Part shown: piece after piece, positions 24,528 to 37,418 of the stretch | Layout: every line of letters begins with the position of its first letter | How positions within the stretch are numbered: the stretch's first letter is position 1 | Origin: Entomortierella parvispora E1425 | Lineage: Eukaryota > Fungi > Mortierellomycota | DNA length: 64,000 nucleotides | Direction: 5' to 3' | Assembly (NCBI GenBank): GCA_020891255.1 | Contig: BQFW01000007.1 | Location: 1,922,001 to 1,986,000 of the forward strand | Made by a program: the position numbers and the translations under genes | Notes under the pieces: generated by a model | What the model was told of the DNA's origin: nothing | Database searches by the model: none | What the model saw: the letters and a program-made list of their open reading frames with translations, nothing else

Positions 24528-25711
24528 CTTTGACGTAGAGAATGGAGAGGAAGACGTGACGAGAGGCTAAGAAGGAGGGAGAAAAGAAAACGAGGGTGGA
24601 CAGCGGGACGTATGTGAGGAGGGGGATTGTTCCTGGCGAGAAGCAAGAGAGGAAAAAAAAAGAAGAGAGGCTGAACGTGTCGAACTGGTTAACTTGATAA
24701 AGGAAATACACGAGAGAAAACGACCAGAAGGGCAGAGACCAAGAATACCACTGCCATCAATGGTCAGAGCCCAACTACACGATCACGGATATGATCGTTC
24801 CGGCATGTCCATCGCGGCAACTTTGCAGTCCGCACCCGTGTTTGTTATGCAATTTTTTTTTCCACTTTGGAGAAAATGACCGTGGAGAAGGGTCGGCCTC
24901 ACCTTGAGATGGAAAACAAAACACACCACTGGTTCCTCTCCTCCGTCGGCCACATGTCATTTGATTTACGGTGCCATAGTGGAAGCATTGTAGTCTAGAT
25001 CATCATAAAGATTCTTGACTAATACGTCGGAGGACCAAGGTGCGGTCAAAAGTGTAGACTGTTGGATCAAAGCGGCGCCGCATCGCTAGATCGTTATAAC
25101 GCAGCCATCAAATACAGACCCAACCCTTTCTCTCTGACCTCAGTGCTTCCCAGCAAAACAAAAGAAAGAGCTGTGCTTAACGCTTCTCACCCCTGGTCTC
25201 TCGTATTGTGACAGGACGCGATTTCTCTCCAAAACGCGATTTGCATGTTGTGATCGCGTTTTTGTTTGATTCTGATTTTCTTCAAAGGGATGTCGATCTT
25301 TGTTCAAAGAGTGAGTGACGCCAAACGACGTGATAAAGAGACGCCGATCCTGACAACTTATAAGTTGCTGTGATGCTGTGGAATAGTCTGCATGAAATTC
25401 CTCAAAAAAAATGCTTGCGTGCAATCTCTCCCCACGCCCGAGGAAGCACAGACAATCTAGGACAATGCAGTCTCGACTCTCCAGGATTATAAACAGCCCT
25501 TCTCGTTAGCCTTCCTCCCCTTTCTCTCTCGTTCTTCTCCATCTCTCTTCACACATTTTCGCCCATCTCCTTCATTATAAACCGTATGAAAGTATGAAAG
25601 TGGCAGATGATAGATGACTTTCAGACCTTATTCTCTCCAGAAAAAATATAAAAAAAATCCTTCAAACGGCACTGGTGTTTCTTTTTTTCTTTTTTTTTTT
25701 CTTCAGTGCTT

Positions 25712-28700
25712 CTACCTAAATCCTCGTGCTGCCTCGGCTTCTTCTGGGAAAGTCAAGTCGACTGCCTTTTGCAACCAAGCGAGATATTCTGGGCCATTGG
25801 CCTTGTGCGGCTCTGGTCCCAACAGAAGATCTTCCTGAGAGTCCAGCGTCTCATTTTCTGCCTCCATGAGTATATGATCCACGCTGCGTTTCTTCAGACC
25901 AACGCCAAGGCCCGTGAGACTAAACTCAATCTTCAAGAAGACGCCCACATTGTCCTGGCCATACTTGATCCCGGCCGGATACCCTGCTCCGACATTGCCG
26001 CCCACCGTCGCCTGGATATCCGCCTCCAGGTCCACATAGACCATCGCACCCGTCAACACCCCCAAGTTTTGAGGCAAGAACGACGTGATCATGAACGTCC
26101 AGAACTGATACGAACTTGGAATTTGAATAGCCAGGTACGGGGTCGAGCTCACCACACTGGCCGCCAACGAAAACTGTTGGTCAATACTGATGTCCCCAAA
26201 TGGAAAGCCCTTCCAAGACACATTGGCTGAAAACTTTTGAACCCAGAGCACAGTCGCCAAGGGGTTCTGGATCTGGACCTGGAGCATGATCTGGTGGTCC
26301 GTCATGAATTGACCCACCGTCGTGTTGCCATTGCCCCCCACCACCATCCTGGCGGGCGGGTTCATGCCAGGCACTGTCGACACCATCTTGAGCGATTCCA
26401 TGATGGGTGCGAGCGAGACGATTGAACTGGACGTGTCATCGCCATAGATGGTCGCTGCGAAATCCGTTCCGACAATGTACTGAGTGAAAAACGCGTCCCG
26501 GAAGGTCGAATTCGAAGGAAAGAATCGAACTTGGGCGCTGAGAGGGTTGGGACCGGGGACTAGTTTCAAGTCTGATATCAAGACATCGCCCATGTTTTCC
26601 GTTTGGCCATCAATCGTGCATTGAATGTGCAATGTTGCTGGTCCAGCCTCGACCGCAAAGATGGAAGGGTTGTCGATCATGACTGTAGCATTGATGGTGA
26701 CGTAATTAACATTGCCATCCACGACCACGATGTTGCCCAGTGTCGGTCTCATGGCCTTAAAGTTGATCCCCGGGAGACTTAGTGAGGTGTTGAATGGGAC
26801 CGTGATATTGACCTGACCCAGGGACGTCACTGCTGTGCTCTGTGCGCTTCCTAGAATCCCAAAAGTGGCGGTCACCTGCTGAGCAACAGCAATCAAAAAC
26901 TCGCCAAACATGTCATGGGCATTGGCGCGGATGGGTAGAGGTGAGGTGGGCAAGGTGAAAGAGATGTTGTTGTGGGCCATGTCAGAGTTGGTCCTGTTCC
27001 AGACGGCAGTAGTGATGTCAGCTAATGGCACATTCTCGTAGGCCAGAGTCAAAATCGTGTTGTCGAGCTCCGTGATGTTCATCGAAATGTTGAATGGCAA
27101 CTGAAAGACTGCGGCGATAGAGGATGAGGAAGCCGTGGGTGTCCAGGGTTGATCGGGCGTCATGACCAAGTTCAGGTTTGCGATATCAATCTCTTTGATA
27201 AAGTTCAAGGGCGTAGGAGGCAAAAGAGGGATCGACATCTTTGTCGAGACAATCGCCGCCGTCATCCACGAGACTGCATGGACGCCATCGGGGAGGACAG
27301 AAACTCCCTGTCCGTAGGCTGTGCTGGGAATATTGGCGAGATAGTTTGAAATCATACTAGACAACTCCTGCAAGGACTCTGGAGTGGTTTGTCGAAGGAT
27401 TGTCCCCTCGAGATCCAAAATAGTGGGCTGGCCTCCGATCAGGGTTGCGTTCTTGGCAACAATACGACCGAGGTAAGCTGTCTTGAGATACATGTCGATG
27501 GTCAGAGTCCCTAGGGACATGCCAATGGGTGATGGGTTGGGGATAGAGACCTGGATGGAGGCCAAGGCGCCTGTCCCGTCTGGAGCATCTGATGGGATAT
27601 TGAATGCGAGAATCTTCAAATCTGCAAAGTTGTTCAAGCCTAAAAAGTCATGATAGCGGGTTAAGAGAGGGGGAAGAAGCAAGGCCAGACAAAGCAAGCA
27701 GGAAATGAAAGAACAAGGGTATTGAAATGGATTGCGTGCACGTACCATCGAGATTTAGCGACTTGTCCAAACTCAGGCCCTTGATTTTCCGGCCAATGAC
27801 CGTTACATCGATGTCAGCGGTGATTCTCCAGAGAAAGCTCTCCGAGGCCATCTATGGGGAAAATCAAGAGTTTTTTTTGCAAGTGTAACCAAATGAGCAA
27901 TCTCTCCCTCTCTGTGTTTCGTTCTTCTTCATTAGCCCCAAAGTGAAATGAATGACCGTTGGAATGGGGAAACAAAGTGTCGGGTAGAGAGCCAGAGTAC
28001 AAGAGAGAAATAGTTGCTGCAGAGAGTCCATCACTTATGAATCGTGGGTTTTTTTCCCATCGAGATCGCTGATTGTTGGAGCAGTCTTCTTACCATGACT
28101 TTGGCAAACTCTCCAAAGAGGGTTGGGTCCTCAATCTGAAAGGTCGTTTGCTGGGTGAACTCGGCCTTGGCAAAGGCCTTCTTTATGATTGTGCCCAACT
28201 GCATTGTGCCCACCTGTGGCTCTGAGGTCCCTGATTGAACCCAAAAGACCTTGACCGGTGCTTGGAACTCGACCGTTGCAGAAAAGATCGAGGGGATGCC
28301 CACAATAGCTGCATCAACCGAGACCTCGATACTCTGTTCTTGAGGATTGGTCATGTTCATTTGTAAAATCTGCATCGTGCTCGAATTCATCACGAGCTGG
28401 GCCACTTTGGGGATGATCACAATCAACAGCAAAGGAATGAAGGCTGCAAGAAAGACGATGGTCGAAAGAACACAGATCCCCCAGAACTTTTTACGCTTGT
28501 AAAACGGTTTTGGGTAAGGGCGCTTGGCCGTCTCGTATTCATGTTCGTACTCCTCAAAGGAATCACTCTGGTCATCCTGGATAAAGAAGATATCGAGAGA
28601 GTTCCCTGATTTCTCGTCGTTGGTTTTGGATTTTGAAGATTGCTCATGAGATTGATTCGATTGCTTTTTTTTCTCGGAAAGATCGCTGAAGGCGGAGGAT

Positions 28701-28846
28701 GACTTTGTGGAGAGAATGGAGAAAAAGGAGGAGGGTCTACTAGATGTCGCTGGCTGACTACTGTTATGGTCCTGATATTCGGTTTCGCTGGGATGGTAGG
28801 GTAGCGTGAGATTTGAAGGATCGTGCGTCGGTATTGGTGCGGGCAT
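25712..28846 (-). CDS. DUF3712/Tag1-like type II membrane protein, copy B (3 exons), tandem paralog of copy A
   Basis: Same architecture and intron positions as copy A (FAKVM|intron, then G|LNNFA). TM is FWGICVLSTIVFLAAFIPLLLIVIIPKVAQ; also VSIPNPSPIGMSLGTLTI. ATG at 28846. Confidence 0.8.
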
Positions 28847-29766
28847 TATTATAGGAGGGTGGGCGTGATGCTGGGTATCAACTGCAGAGCAAGGAAAGGA
28901 AAGGAAAGGAAGGAAGAAGTAATTGTACAAAAGTACTTTGCGAAAGAAAAAAGACGGTGGGCAAGAAGAATGAGCATCGACGGAACAAATCAAGAACACA
29001 AATAGAAAAAGAACTCGTTCGCGGGACCATGGCCTCGGCGTCAGTCTTTTATGTGGGAGTGAGCAGACGTTGATTGAGATCTCCGGACAGGCCGCGCTCA
29101 CAGGCGAACGGGACACTCTTTGTTCACAGGAAGGCTTTTCCTCTACAAGGAAGCACGCTAATGGTAATGCTTTTGTAAGATAACATACGGCAGTGGAGGG
29201 ACCCACATGCCTGCTCTTGCGTTCAGGAAAAAGAAAAAGATCATACGATGTCCAGAAAAATGATACCGTGCGGCGCCTAAATGGTTTGCATTTTCGTATA
29301 AATGTGGAGAGAGCGGAGACCAGGTCGTGGAGGTATTGTGTTCGAAGGAGAATCACGGTGTCAGCGTCGATTGCACTCCATACGAAGTCATGGGTACATT
29401 TTTCGTAATTTTTTTCCCTCTCCGTGCGTGCAGGTGGAACAGAGTTGTGGGCGTGAATGACATGCGCACACAAGGCTTTGGCTTCAGATCGAGAGGGAAG
29501 GACGAGAAACATGCCTGCAGTCGCTGTCCACAATGAGAGTGTATCTTCCGCACTAAAGCCGTGCATGTGCTTCTTAAATGCGTTGGTGGCAGATTTTTGG
29601 TTAGCAGCAAGATGGCTCTCAACAGGAACGATGAGAGCACACGGAAAACAAGAGAGGTGACAATAGTCAGCATGAGAGTGATCGTGAACAATAGAGGCCC
29701 ATACTCTTGAAAACATGGAGGCAGTATAGGACTTTACAGGTGAGGGTGAACTCGTTAGTTTATTTT

Positions 29767-31402
29767 CTATTGGAAGGCCTTGTTGTGCTGAGACGCGCTT
29801 TTCAGTCCGTAGATCACAGCCCCCCGGGCCACCGCCAGCTCGGCTTTTTGGACCATTATGACATTCTTAACAAGCATATCTGGCGATCCTCCAGCAGTTG
29901 AGATTGAATGGCGGCCGTTCATGGACGGAGGTCGAGAATTATCTGCCGCCGTGGGTAACAATATCTTCAGTTTGTGCGACAGATACTTGCTCGAGCCAAA
30001 CCCACCAACAAGAAATAGACCAGCACACACAGGATGCAACTTGAGTTGCTCCTCAATCAGCCCTTGGACCTTGGCGACCACTGGGTCAAACACCTTGTCG
30101 CACAGCTCCTGACCACTGATAGACATGTACTCGTCCTCCAACCAAGCAGGCGTTGGGTCCAGCTCCTTGACATCCAAGCCCAGCGGAATGGCCACATGCT
30201 TGATTTCATCCACTGAACTAGCATCAAATTGGTACTTGATATCCGTAAAGCCCTCCAAAAGAGTTTCCAGCGCCTTTTGTCGTTGTGGTCGAGCATCGAT
30301 GTCAAGCCCTGTCAATCTCTGGAGAACCAACTCTTTGAAATTCCGATCCAGGATTACAGCGCCACAATTTTCTGCATGAGAGCTGGAGAGTCGCATGAAC
30401 TGCCGAACGCCCAGGGAATCATCCACTTGAAAGACCGTAACGTGGGTTGTCAAACCGCCAGCATCACAGACCATAAAAGTATCCTTGTCCTCGAGCGTCT
30501 CAAACTCTGCACAGTGTTCACGACAATAGGTAGCTGCTGCCTCGGCCTCTGTTATCACAGTCATGTTGACTGCTGGTGTTTGAATGATGATTCCAGCTTC
30601 GACATAGCATCGAAGAATCAACTCTCTGGTCGGAAGGGTCCATGACTGAGGGATAGTGATACAGTAATGAATTGGGACTGACTCTGCCGCTACATTCTGA
30701 CTCTTGCTGATTTCTTCCAGAAGGTGGCGGTGAATACTTCGAAGATAGTGGGTGAAAACATCCGTTAAATGCAGTCCATGCTGAAGCTGGCCTCTTGCGC
30801 CTTGATCAAAAAGCAAAATCTTGTAGTCCTGTACCAGATGCCGGTCAGATTTGGAGCGCTTGTAGGTCGCCAGAGCGGACGCTCCCCAGTCTTCAAATGT
30901 CCTCTCCTTGTCAGTCTTGTATAAACTCGCTGTGGGAACCTTGGAATACGCGTTGAGGTGCTTGGGCCTGGAAAGGGGGATTGAAGGTCGATATTTTCGA
31001 CAGGTTAGACATTCACGCAGTGAAGGATGAAAATAAGCGAAATTGACATGAAATGCTTTGCCTGTGGTCAACTTGCCATTTAACTATATCGATCATCTCT
31101 CCATCGTTCTGGTGTGCGTATGAGATGGCAGTGAAAGTGTTTCCAAAGTCGATTCCTACTACGATCCCGTTCTTCTTTGCCCTTCTCCTCCGACCTACAT
31201 CGCTATTGCGCTGGGCCGCCAAGGTCCTGTCATAAACTCTGCCCTCCTTGTCTGTATCCGTGTCGTCGCTCCAGAAATTGGATAGCAGAGTGTTGTGACG
31301 CTGCTTGATCTTTAGTTTTGGCAAAGGACGACGGCAAAGAAAAGATGTAAAGATGTGAATAAAGCATCTGAGGAAATGGGTCTAATCGCGTAGAGTGGCC
31401 AC

Positions 31403-31436
<34 letters not shown>

Positions 31437-32143
31437 AAAAATTATTAAGCTTACTTCGATGCGCGGCACAGGTCGTTCGAGAAGAAGCTTGGTTCTCATG
31501 GGGTTCTTGATGATACTAGGAGGACCAGCGGCTAAGATAGGTCATTGGGCATCGAAGAAAGAGGACCATTACGGTGAGAAAGCAAATTAAGAAGTATTTG
31601 ATTTCAAACGTGCCTGTCGTTCTTTAAAAGTGTACCTATGAAGACGGGCCGGATTCGAGCCTGGCCAGGCGAGGATATCAAGGTGATTGGTCCTGCAGGA
31701 ATCGACCCTGCAGGGAGGATCATGATGGGGCGATTGGGCTGTGAGCGCAGAGGTGTCCCTGGCACAAGCTGTGGGTATGTCTGCGTCCTGTAGATGGGTC
31801 GGGGCGCATTGACCGAAACAGGCTGAAGGGTATAGTTTGGCTGCTGTTGCTGCTGAAGCTGCTGCTGGTTATAGAGTTGCTGGAGCTGGTGTTGCTGCAG
31901 CTGGTGGTGCTGGATGATCTGCCGAGCCTGCTGAATCGAAGGATCGACAGGATAAAGTTGAGTATGCGACTGGGATCGTTGGTGGGCAGGATGGGCACTA
32001 GCCGCAGAGATAGCGCCTTTGGGCTGAGCCATGGCAACTACGGCAGGCTGGACCTGGGCCAGGGTCAGGGGTCTGACAGGCTGTTGCTGTGGTTGTTGCT
32101 GTGGCTGCTGCGGGTAGTAGTGAGTGGGCAGAGGGTGGGCCAT
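29767..32143 (-). CDS. Hsp70/HSPA12-like actin-fold ATPase-domain protein with Gln-rich N-terminus (4 exons)
   Basis: VVGIDFGNTFTAISYA, IVKW|PKHLNAYSKVPT (across a GC-AG intron), YCITIPQSW, ITEAEAAA, VCDAGG, FLVGGFGSSKYL and AVARGAVIYGL follow the fungal HSPA12-like pattern. Confidence 0.82.
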
Positions 32144-32802
32144 GAGGGCAGATGATGATGGCGATGATGTTCAGGGAAGGGACGGACAGGGCGGGCGGGA
32201 ATGGACATGGACCGAGGAAGGAAAAGAGAAGAAAGAGAAAAAGAGAGAGAGGGAGGGAGGGGAGAGAGAGTCGAACGGCAACAGCGAAGAGAGCGAAGAA
32301 GAGAGAAGAAGAGAGCCGCGGACAAAAGGAGAAAGAGTGTGTGAACACTAACACTGAATGAATGAAAGGTGGGAGAAAGAAGGAAAGCACACTTGCCCAG
32401 ACTGTGTTCTTTTTTACTGTTCACTTGTTCACTTGTTCACTTTTCGCCTCTCTTTTCGTTTTCGCGCGCGCGCGCTCTTTTCTGGTTCGTCCCCCTTTTT
32501 CTCGCTCACTCTCTTTCTCTCTATCTCTCTCTCTCTCTCTCCTCGGCCACGTTCCTTTCATTCTGGGTCTTCTGCTCGTCCTTTGTCCTTCTCTTCCTTC
32601 CTCCGTCTCTTTCTTCTTTGCTTTCGCACACAGGACTCGCTCTTTCTTGCACACGGCCCTTTCTTTCCCTCTTCTTCCCTTCTCCCTCTCCCTCTCCCTC
32701 TGCCTTTGCCTTCCAGCCAGCCAGACTCAGCCCGCCCTCTTTCTCTTCCCATCCTCCCAGTCTCCCATGATTGGCATCCAGCGCAAGGAGACCTGTACTG
32801 AC

Positions 32803-35800
32803 ATGGACCCTCAGACTTCTCCATCCTCCGCGCCAATCGACCCCAAAGCCGCCGCTGCCGCCATAGTCGCTGCATCTGTTGCTGCCGATGCTAATGCTAT
32901 TGCTATTGCCAATGCTAATGCTTCAATGACCAATGGAGACAAAGCCCTTGATGATGAACAAGACACCGACAAGGACTCTGAGGAACTGGAACACGACCCT
33001 TCGTCACCAACAGAACCCCCCATGCCGTCCCTCGACCCCATCCATTCATCAACCGCGACGGACCCATTGGATGACTCAAAGGAGAGAGCTCCTGCAGATG
33101 CCCTCAAGACCTCGGCAACGTTGCCATCTGCATCAGACCGGGATCAGCCCCCACCTGCCACTGGCAGTGAAGACCACCCTCAACATCCCGAAAGTAAGTC
33201 TATGCTCTCGACCTTCCCAATATCTTGTTTGGTGCCACATAACCACGCCAGACCACAACAACATGGCAAGAGCCCTGGTTTACGCTTTCACACTGCATCT
33301 CACTGACCAACTCGTCTTTGCCTCCATAGTGATCATCATCGGCACAAAGACCAAGCTCAAGCGGCCTTCACTTCGCCCGATTGACCTCGGCAGCACCCCC
33401 TCAAAGTCCATCCTCAGGAAGGAGAGCTCGTATCCGTTTATTGAGCAGCCAGTCAGGAACCCCATCTTCAAATCCCAGTGGCTCCAGAGCACCGTGAGCA
33501 AACTTGCAGTCATCAGTGGACCAGCAGTACCCACAGCATATACCGCAGACCAGCCCTCCATGTTCCGGAAGTTGGTCGCCCAGGCAACAGCCGCCACCCA
33601 GGCCACGCCAGGATCACCCTCCACCAACCCCGGATCGTCTCCACAACAACGGCTTCAGCAGACAAACCCTGGACCCCCTGTCTTTGCCAACAACGAAAGA
33701 CGCCCTTTGCTGGAATCACATGATAGTTCGTCATCCATCCTCTCAACAAAAGCACTAAAGCGCGTGAGATTCTCTGTAGGACAATTGACAACAGAACATG
33801 TATTTTACCACGACGACGCCTACGAGTCTGCTGAGGAAACCGAGCCTCGCCCTGTCCAGATTAACACTGTGGTTCAGCCCAAGGAGGTCATGACAACATC
33901 CGATGGCGTCGTGGTTGACGACAATATTTATACTGCCAAAGAGATCATGAACTACTACCTCGCCGCCTGCAACAACCGTGAAGAGTTTCCTGTGGATCGC
34001 CTCGTCTCCGAGATGCGCTCTGCCTCGAATAGACAGTCGAACCCTCTGCTGACCACTATCGACTTGACTGGTACGACCACAAAAGCAACCCATGATGCAA
34101 AACATAGCGCAGACCGGAATGTGATCGACGGTGTACTGACAACCATTGTGTCTGCTCATAGGCGAATTACTCTTGCGAAAGACCCTTGATCCCATTTCGG
34201 ATGTTTTAACTCTTGAGTTTGGACTGAGCCATCTTGTTTTGGACAATTGTGGTCTTGAAGACGATGTATGTGCTTTGAAAGAGCTAGCGTCCGTTTGCTG
34301 CCCAGAAAGGATTTCCAAACTGACACTTTTGACCCTATCCCTGAATAGACTTTGAAAATGCTCTTGTACAGTCTATTACTTACGGATACATTGACTACGC
34401 TCAGCATTCAGGACAACAAAAAGATAAAGTCGATAGGATTCAAGTACATCTCTGTGTTTGTCAAGAAGACAAAGTCACTCAAAAGCTTGAACGTCTCTGG
34501 GATTAACATGGACAAAAAGGCGATCGAGTTTTTGGCTCATGCCCTCAAGGTTGGTCGGCTCGGCTTTGGCTCCCGTTTGGAGGATCTGCGCGTAGATCGT
34601 TGCGGACTACGTGGAAACTTGTTGGAGACTTTGGGTACGTGAACAACTGTAATGCTCCTTTGGCCCAGTGAATCAGATCCGACAATTCTAACCTGCTGTC
34701 CCTTGAAATTTCTACCATGAACCTAGCTCCTGCCATCCGAGAATCCAACCTACGACAAGTGTCGATGAGATCAAACAGGATTGGTACGACTGGAGGTGTA
34801 TGGATCGGCGTTCTGATGCGCGACTATGATGACTTGCCAAACAAACCGATACCCAACAACAACGAGGAGCAAGGGTTCAGAAGGGTTTTCCCTGGCGTTG
34901 CCAACCCAGAGCTTTTGAAGCGAACTAGGGGGGTGGAGGTTCTTGATATCTCGGATAATGACTTGCGTGTAGGTGAATGCGAACGCACTCTTGGTAATAG
35001 ATTCAAGGCAGATCTTACCCATGCATCTGACACGGATTCTATTTTTACATGCTCATAGCAAGGAGCAGACTATGTTGCTCAGACTCTGCGTCGAAACATG
35101 TCTCTGAAGCACTTGATCATGGCTAACAACAACCTGGACCCCGCCCGGCTTGTCGTTATTGCAGATGCACTGGTAAGAACTCAACCTTGACTCGCTGGAT
35201 AGTGTCGTATGTTCCTTACAAAGTAGAAATACCTAACTCGTGATGAGTGATTTTAGAAACTCAACATTGGACTGGAAACACTGGATTTGAGCTACAACCG
35301 TATGTGTGGGCCAGTCGTTACGGGCATCAATGCTCTGACATCAAAGCTGGCCTACAACAAGACTCTCACTAAGCTGAGCCTTTCCAACACTGGTCTCCAA
35401 TCGGAGGGAGCCATCGCTCTGGCAGAGTTCCTGCCCGAGACCCGTTCTTTGACTCAGCTGGATCTGACAGGGAACGATCTTGTGGACATTGCCGGCGTTA
35501 TGGCCCTGTCTGTCAGCATCCGGATGAACAAGAGTTTGACGTGTCTAGATATGAATGTACCCCCCAATGATGCAGAGTTTGCTAGACTTTCGCGTGATAT
35601 TTTGCGTGCATGTATCCGCAACATGGAGGAGAAGACTGGGTCGAACGCAGGGATGCCATCGCCGGACGATTTGCCCACCAATACCATCTTTCGCCAGCCC
35701 TCGCCTACCCTTATACCCGAGCCTAGAGCTCCCGCTAACCAGGACAACCAATGGTCTCTTCTTGAGACTGTTGCCGTAGAGCTGTACAGAACACGCGAGA

Positions 35801-37036
35801 CCTTGAGCGGCTTGGCAAAGGCGCTCAATCACGAGAGACTCATGAGAGAGCAGTGGCAAATGGAGCACTACCACCGAACCATGGATGCCCACGTAAGTCG
35901 CGTCATTGTCCCAGATGAACTGGCTGAGGACTCTGAAGCACACTCTGAAGCACCTGTAGCGCCCGTTGCTCCCATCGAGGCTATCATCCAAAGTCCCAGG
36001 GATGTTAGAATGCTTAACAGCATGAAAGGAATTCTATCACGCGGACCTCCACAGATGGAGGTAAGTACTTGGTTTTGAGGCTTGGTTTTTCTTTCTTTTT
36101 ATCATTAATTGATGCGAGTCTCCAACTGACATTCTCTTCCCTCTCTCTATAACAGGCACTCTACCACCAGTGCAAAAGACATGAAGCCAACATCAAGAGT
36201 TTGATGCCAAAGATTAGCAATGACAAAGCTCTGAACGAGCTTCAATCGATGACCGATGTTCTTTTCGACTATACTCAATCCTACCGCAACCTGTTTGCGT
36301 TGCCTGAGATGCCACCCAGCGTCACCGTGGGCAAGAGAACGAACTCCCTTCCTCCCGCTACTCCGACTGGTCAGCAATCCTCTGATGCCTCCACCACAGT
36401 GCCCAATGGAATGAGCGTCTCCTCAACATCGGAACAGGACCTTGCTGCAGTGGATCATACATCTCCAGAAGCGCTTCTGGAGGAGCCAACTACGGACATA
36501 GCATCGTCCTTCTTGCTGGAGGATGATGATGATTTGGATGAAGAGGTCTACACCAACGATGCTTTGATTGATGTGCGAAGGAGCTCGCTCTTGGCCGAAC
36601 ATCGAACAGTGGCCAGCAGCGAGGACGACCTCACGACATCGTCGAGTCTCTCCAGTTCTGGACCTCTCAAGGGACGAGGCCACAAACCCAGCCCATTGTC
36701 GACAGCGGGAATTGCAGGCATGGAGGGCGGTGAACGCTCTCCTTCTTCGTTGGCTAGTCCCCTGGAAAAACTCCGGAAAGCGGCCGAGGAAGAGGAGGGC
36801 GAGGTCCTTCGTCGTGGAAAGGATTTGCTAGAGAACGGACTAGAGAATGGGGTTATTGAGGAAACCTTGACTGGTGAAGAGCTAAAGAGTCAGGTAGGTC
36901 TTGTTTCCTTGTTGTGAAGACTCGCCGTTACTCTTTTTTTTCCCCTTTGTCGTTGTCTGGGACCTGCAGATGGCTAATAGTATGTTTTCTTGTTGTTTGA
37001 CCCCTATAGATCCTCGGAAGCGACAATAAGACATAG
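32803..37036 (+). CDS. RNI-like leucine-rich-repeat protein, Mhp1/Gip3-like (candidate PP1 interactor), about 9-10 exons; alternative in-frame ATG at 32767
   Basis: KRVRFSV (RVxF), then YTAKEIMNYYLAACNNREEFPVDRLV, LVLDNCGLEDD, LKSLNVSG, LSLSNTGLQSEGAIALAEFLPETRSLTQLDLTGN and LTCLDMNVPPND. This recalls fungal Mhp1-type proteins. Confidence 0.72.
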
Positions 37037-37418
37037 TAGATATACAGCATCGCAAGATAAACCCTGATTTTGTGCGCAAAGTTTAATGGTCTCAGATGAT
37101 TGCTCATCAGCGTTGTTGTTACATGGATGAAGAGCGGCGACCATCAAAAGTCAATGGATCATAGAGTCATTCAACCAAAAAGCCGTGGAGCCAGCCATCG
37201 ATGTTGCTCGCTAGAGTTGGTGTTGACTTGGACCATTGAATGAAGGGCGAAAACAAAAAGATGATCTATTAACTATGGTAATGTGGGGGTTGGATATTGG
37301 ATTTGTTTGTACATTTCGTTGGCGGGTCTACTCTTCGTCCTTTTTTTTGGTTTGTTTGGTTGTGTGGTTTGTTTTCTTTTTCTTTTTTTTTTTTTTCTTT
37401 TCTTTTCTTTCAGAGCGT

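Noticed and set aside
32150-32760. Several 70-150-aa Phe/Leu/Ser- or Arg/Glu/Lys-rich ORFs in divergent promoters (also 15523-16128, 57096-57639)
   Set aside because: Artefacts of CT/GA-rich leader sequence that lacks stop codons.
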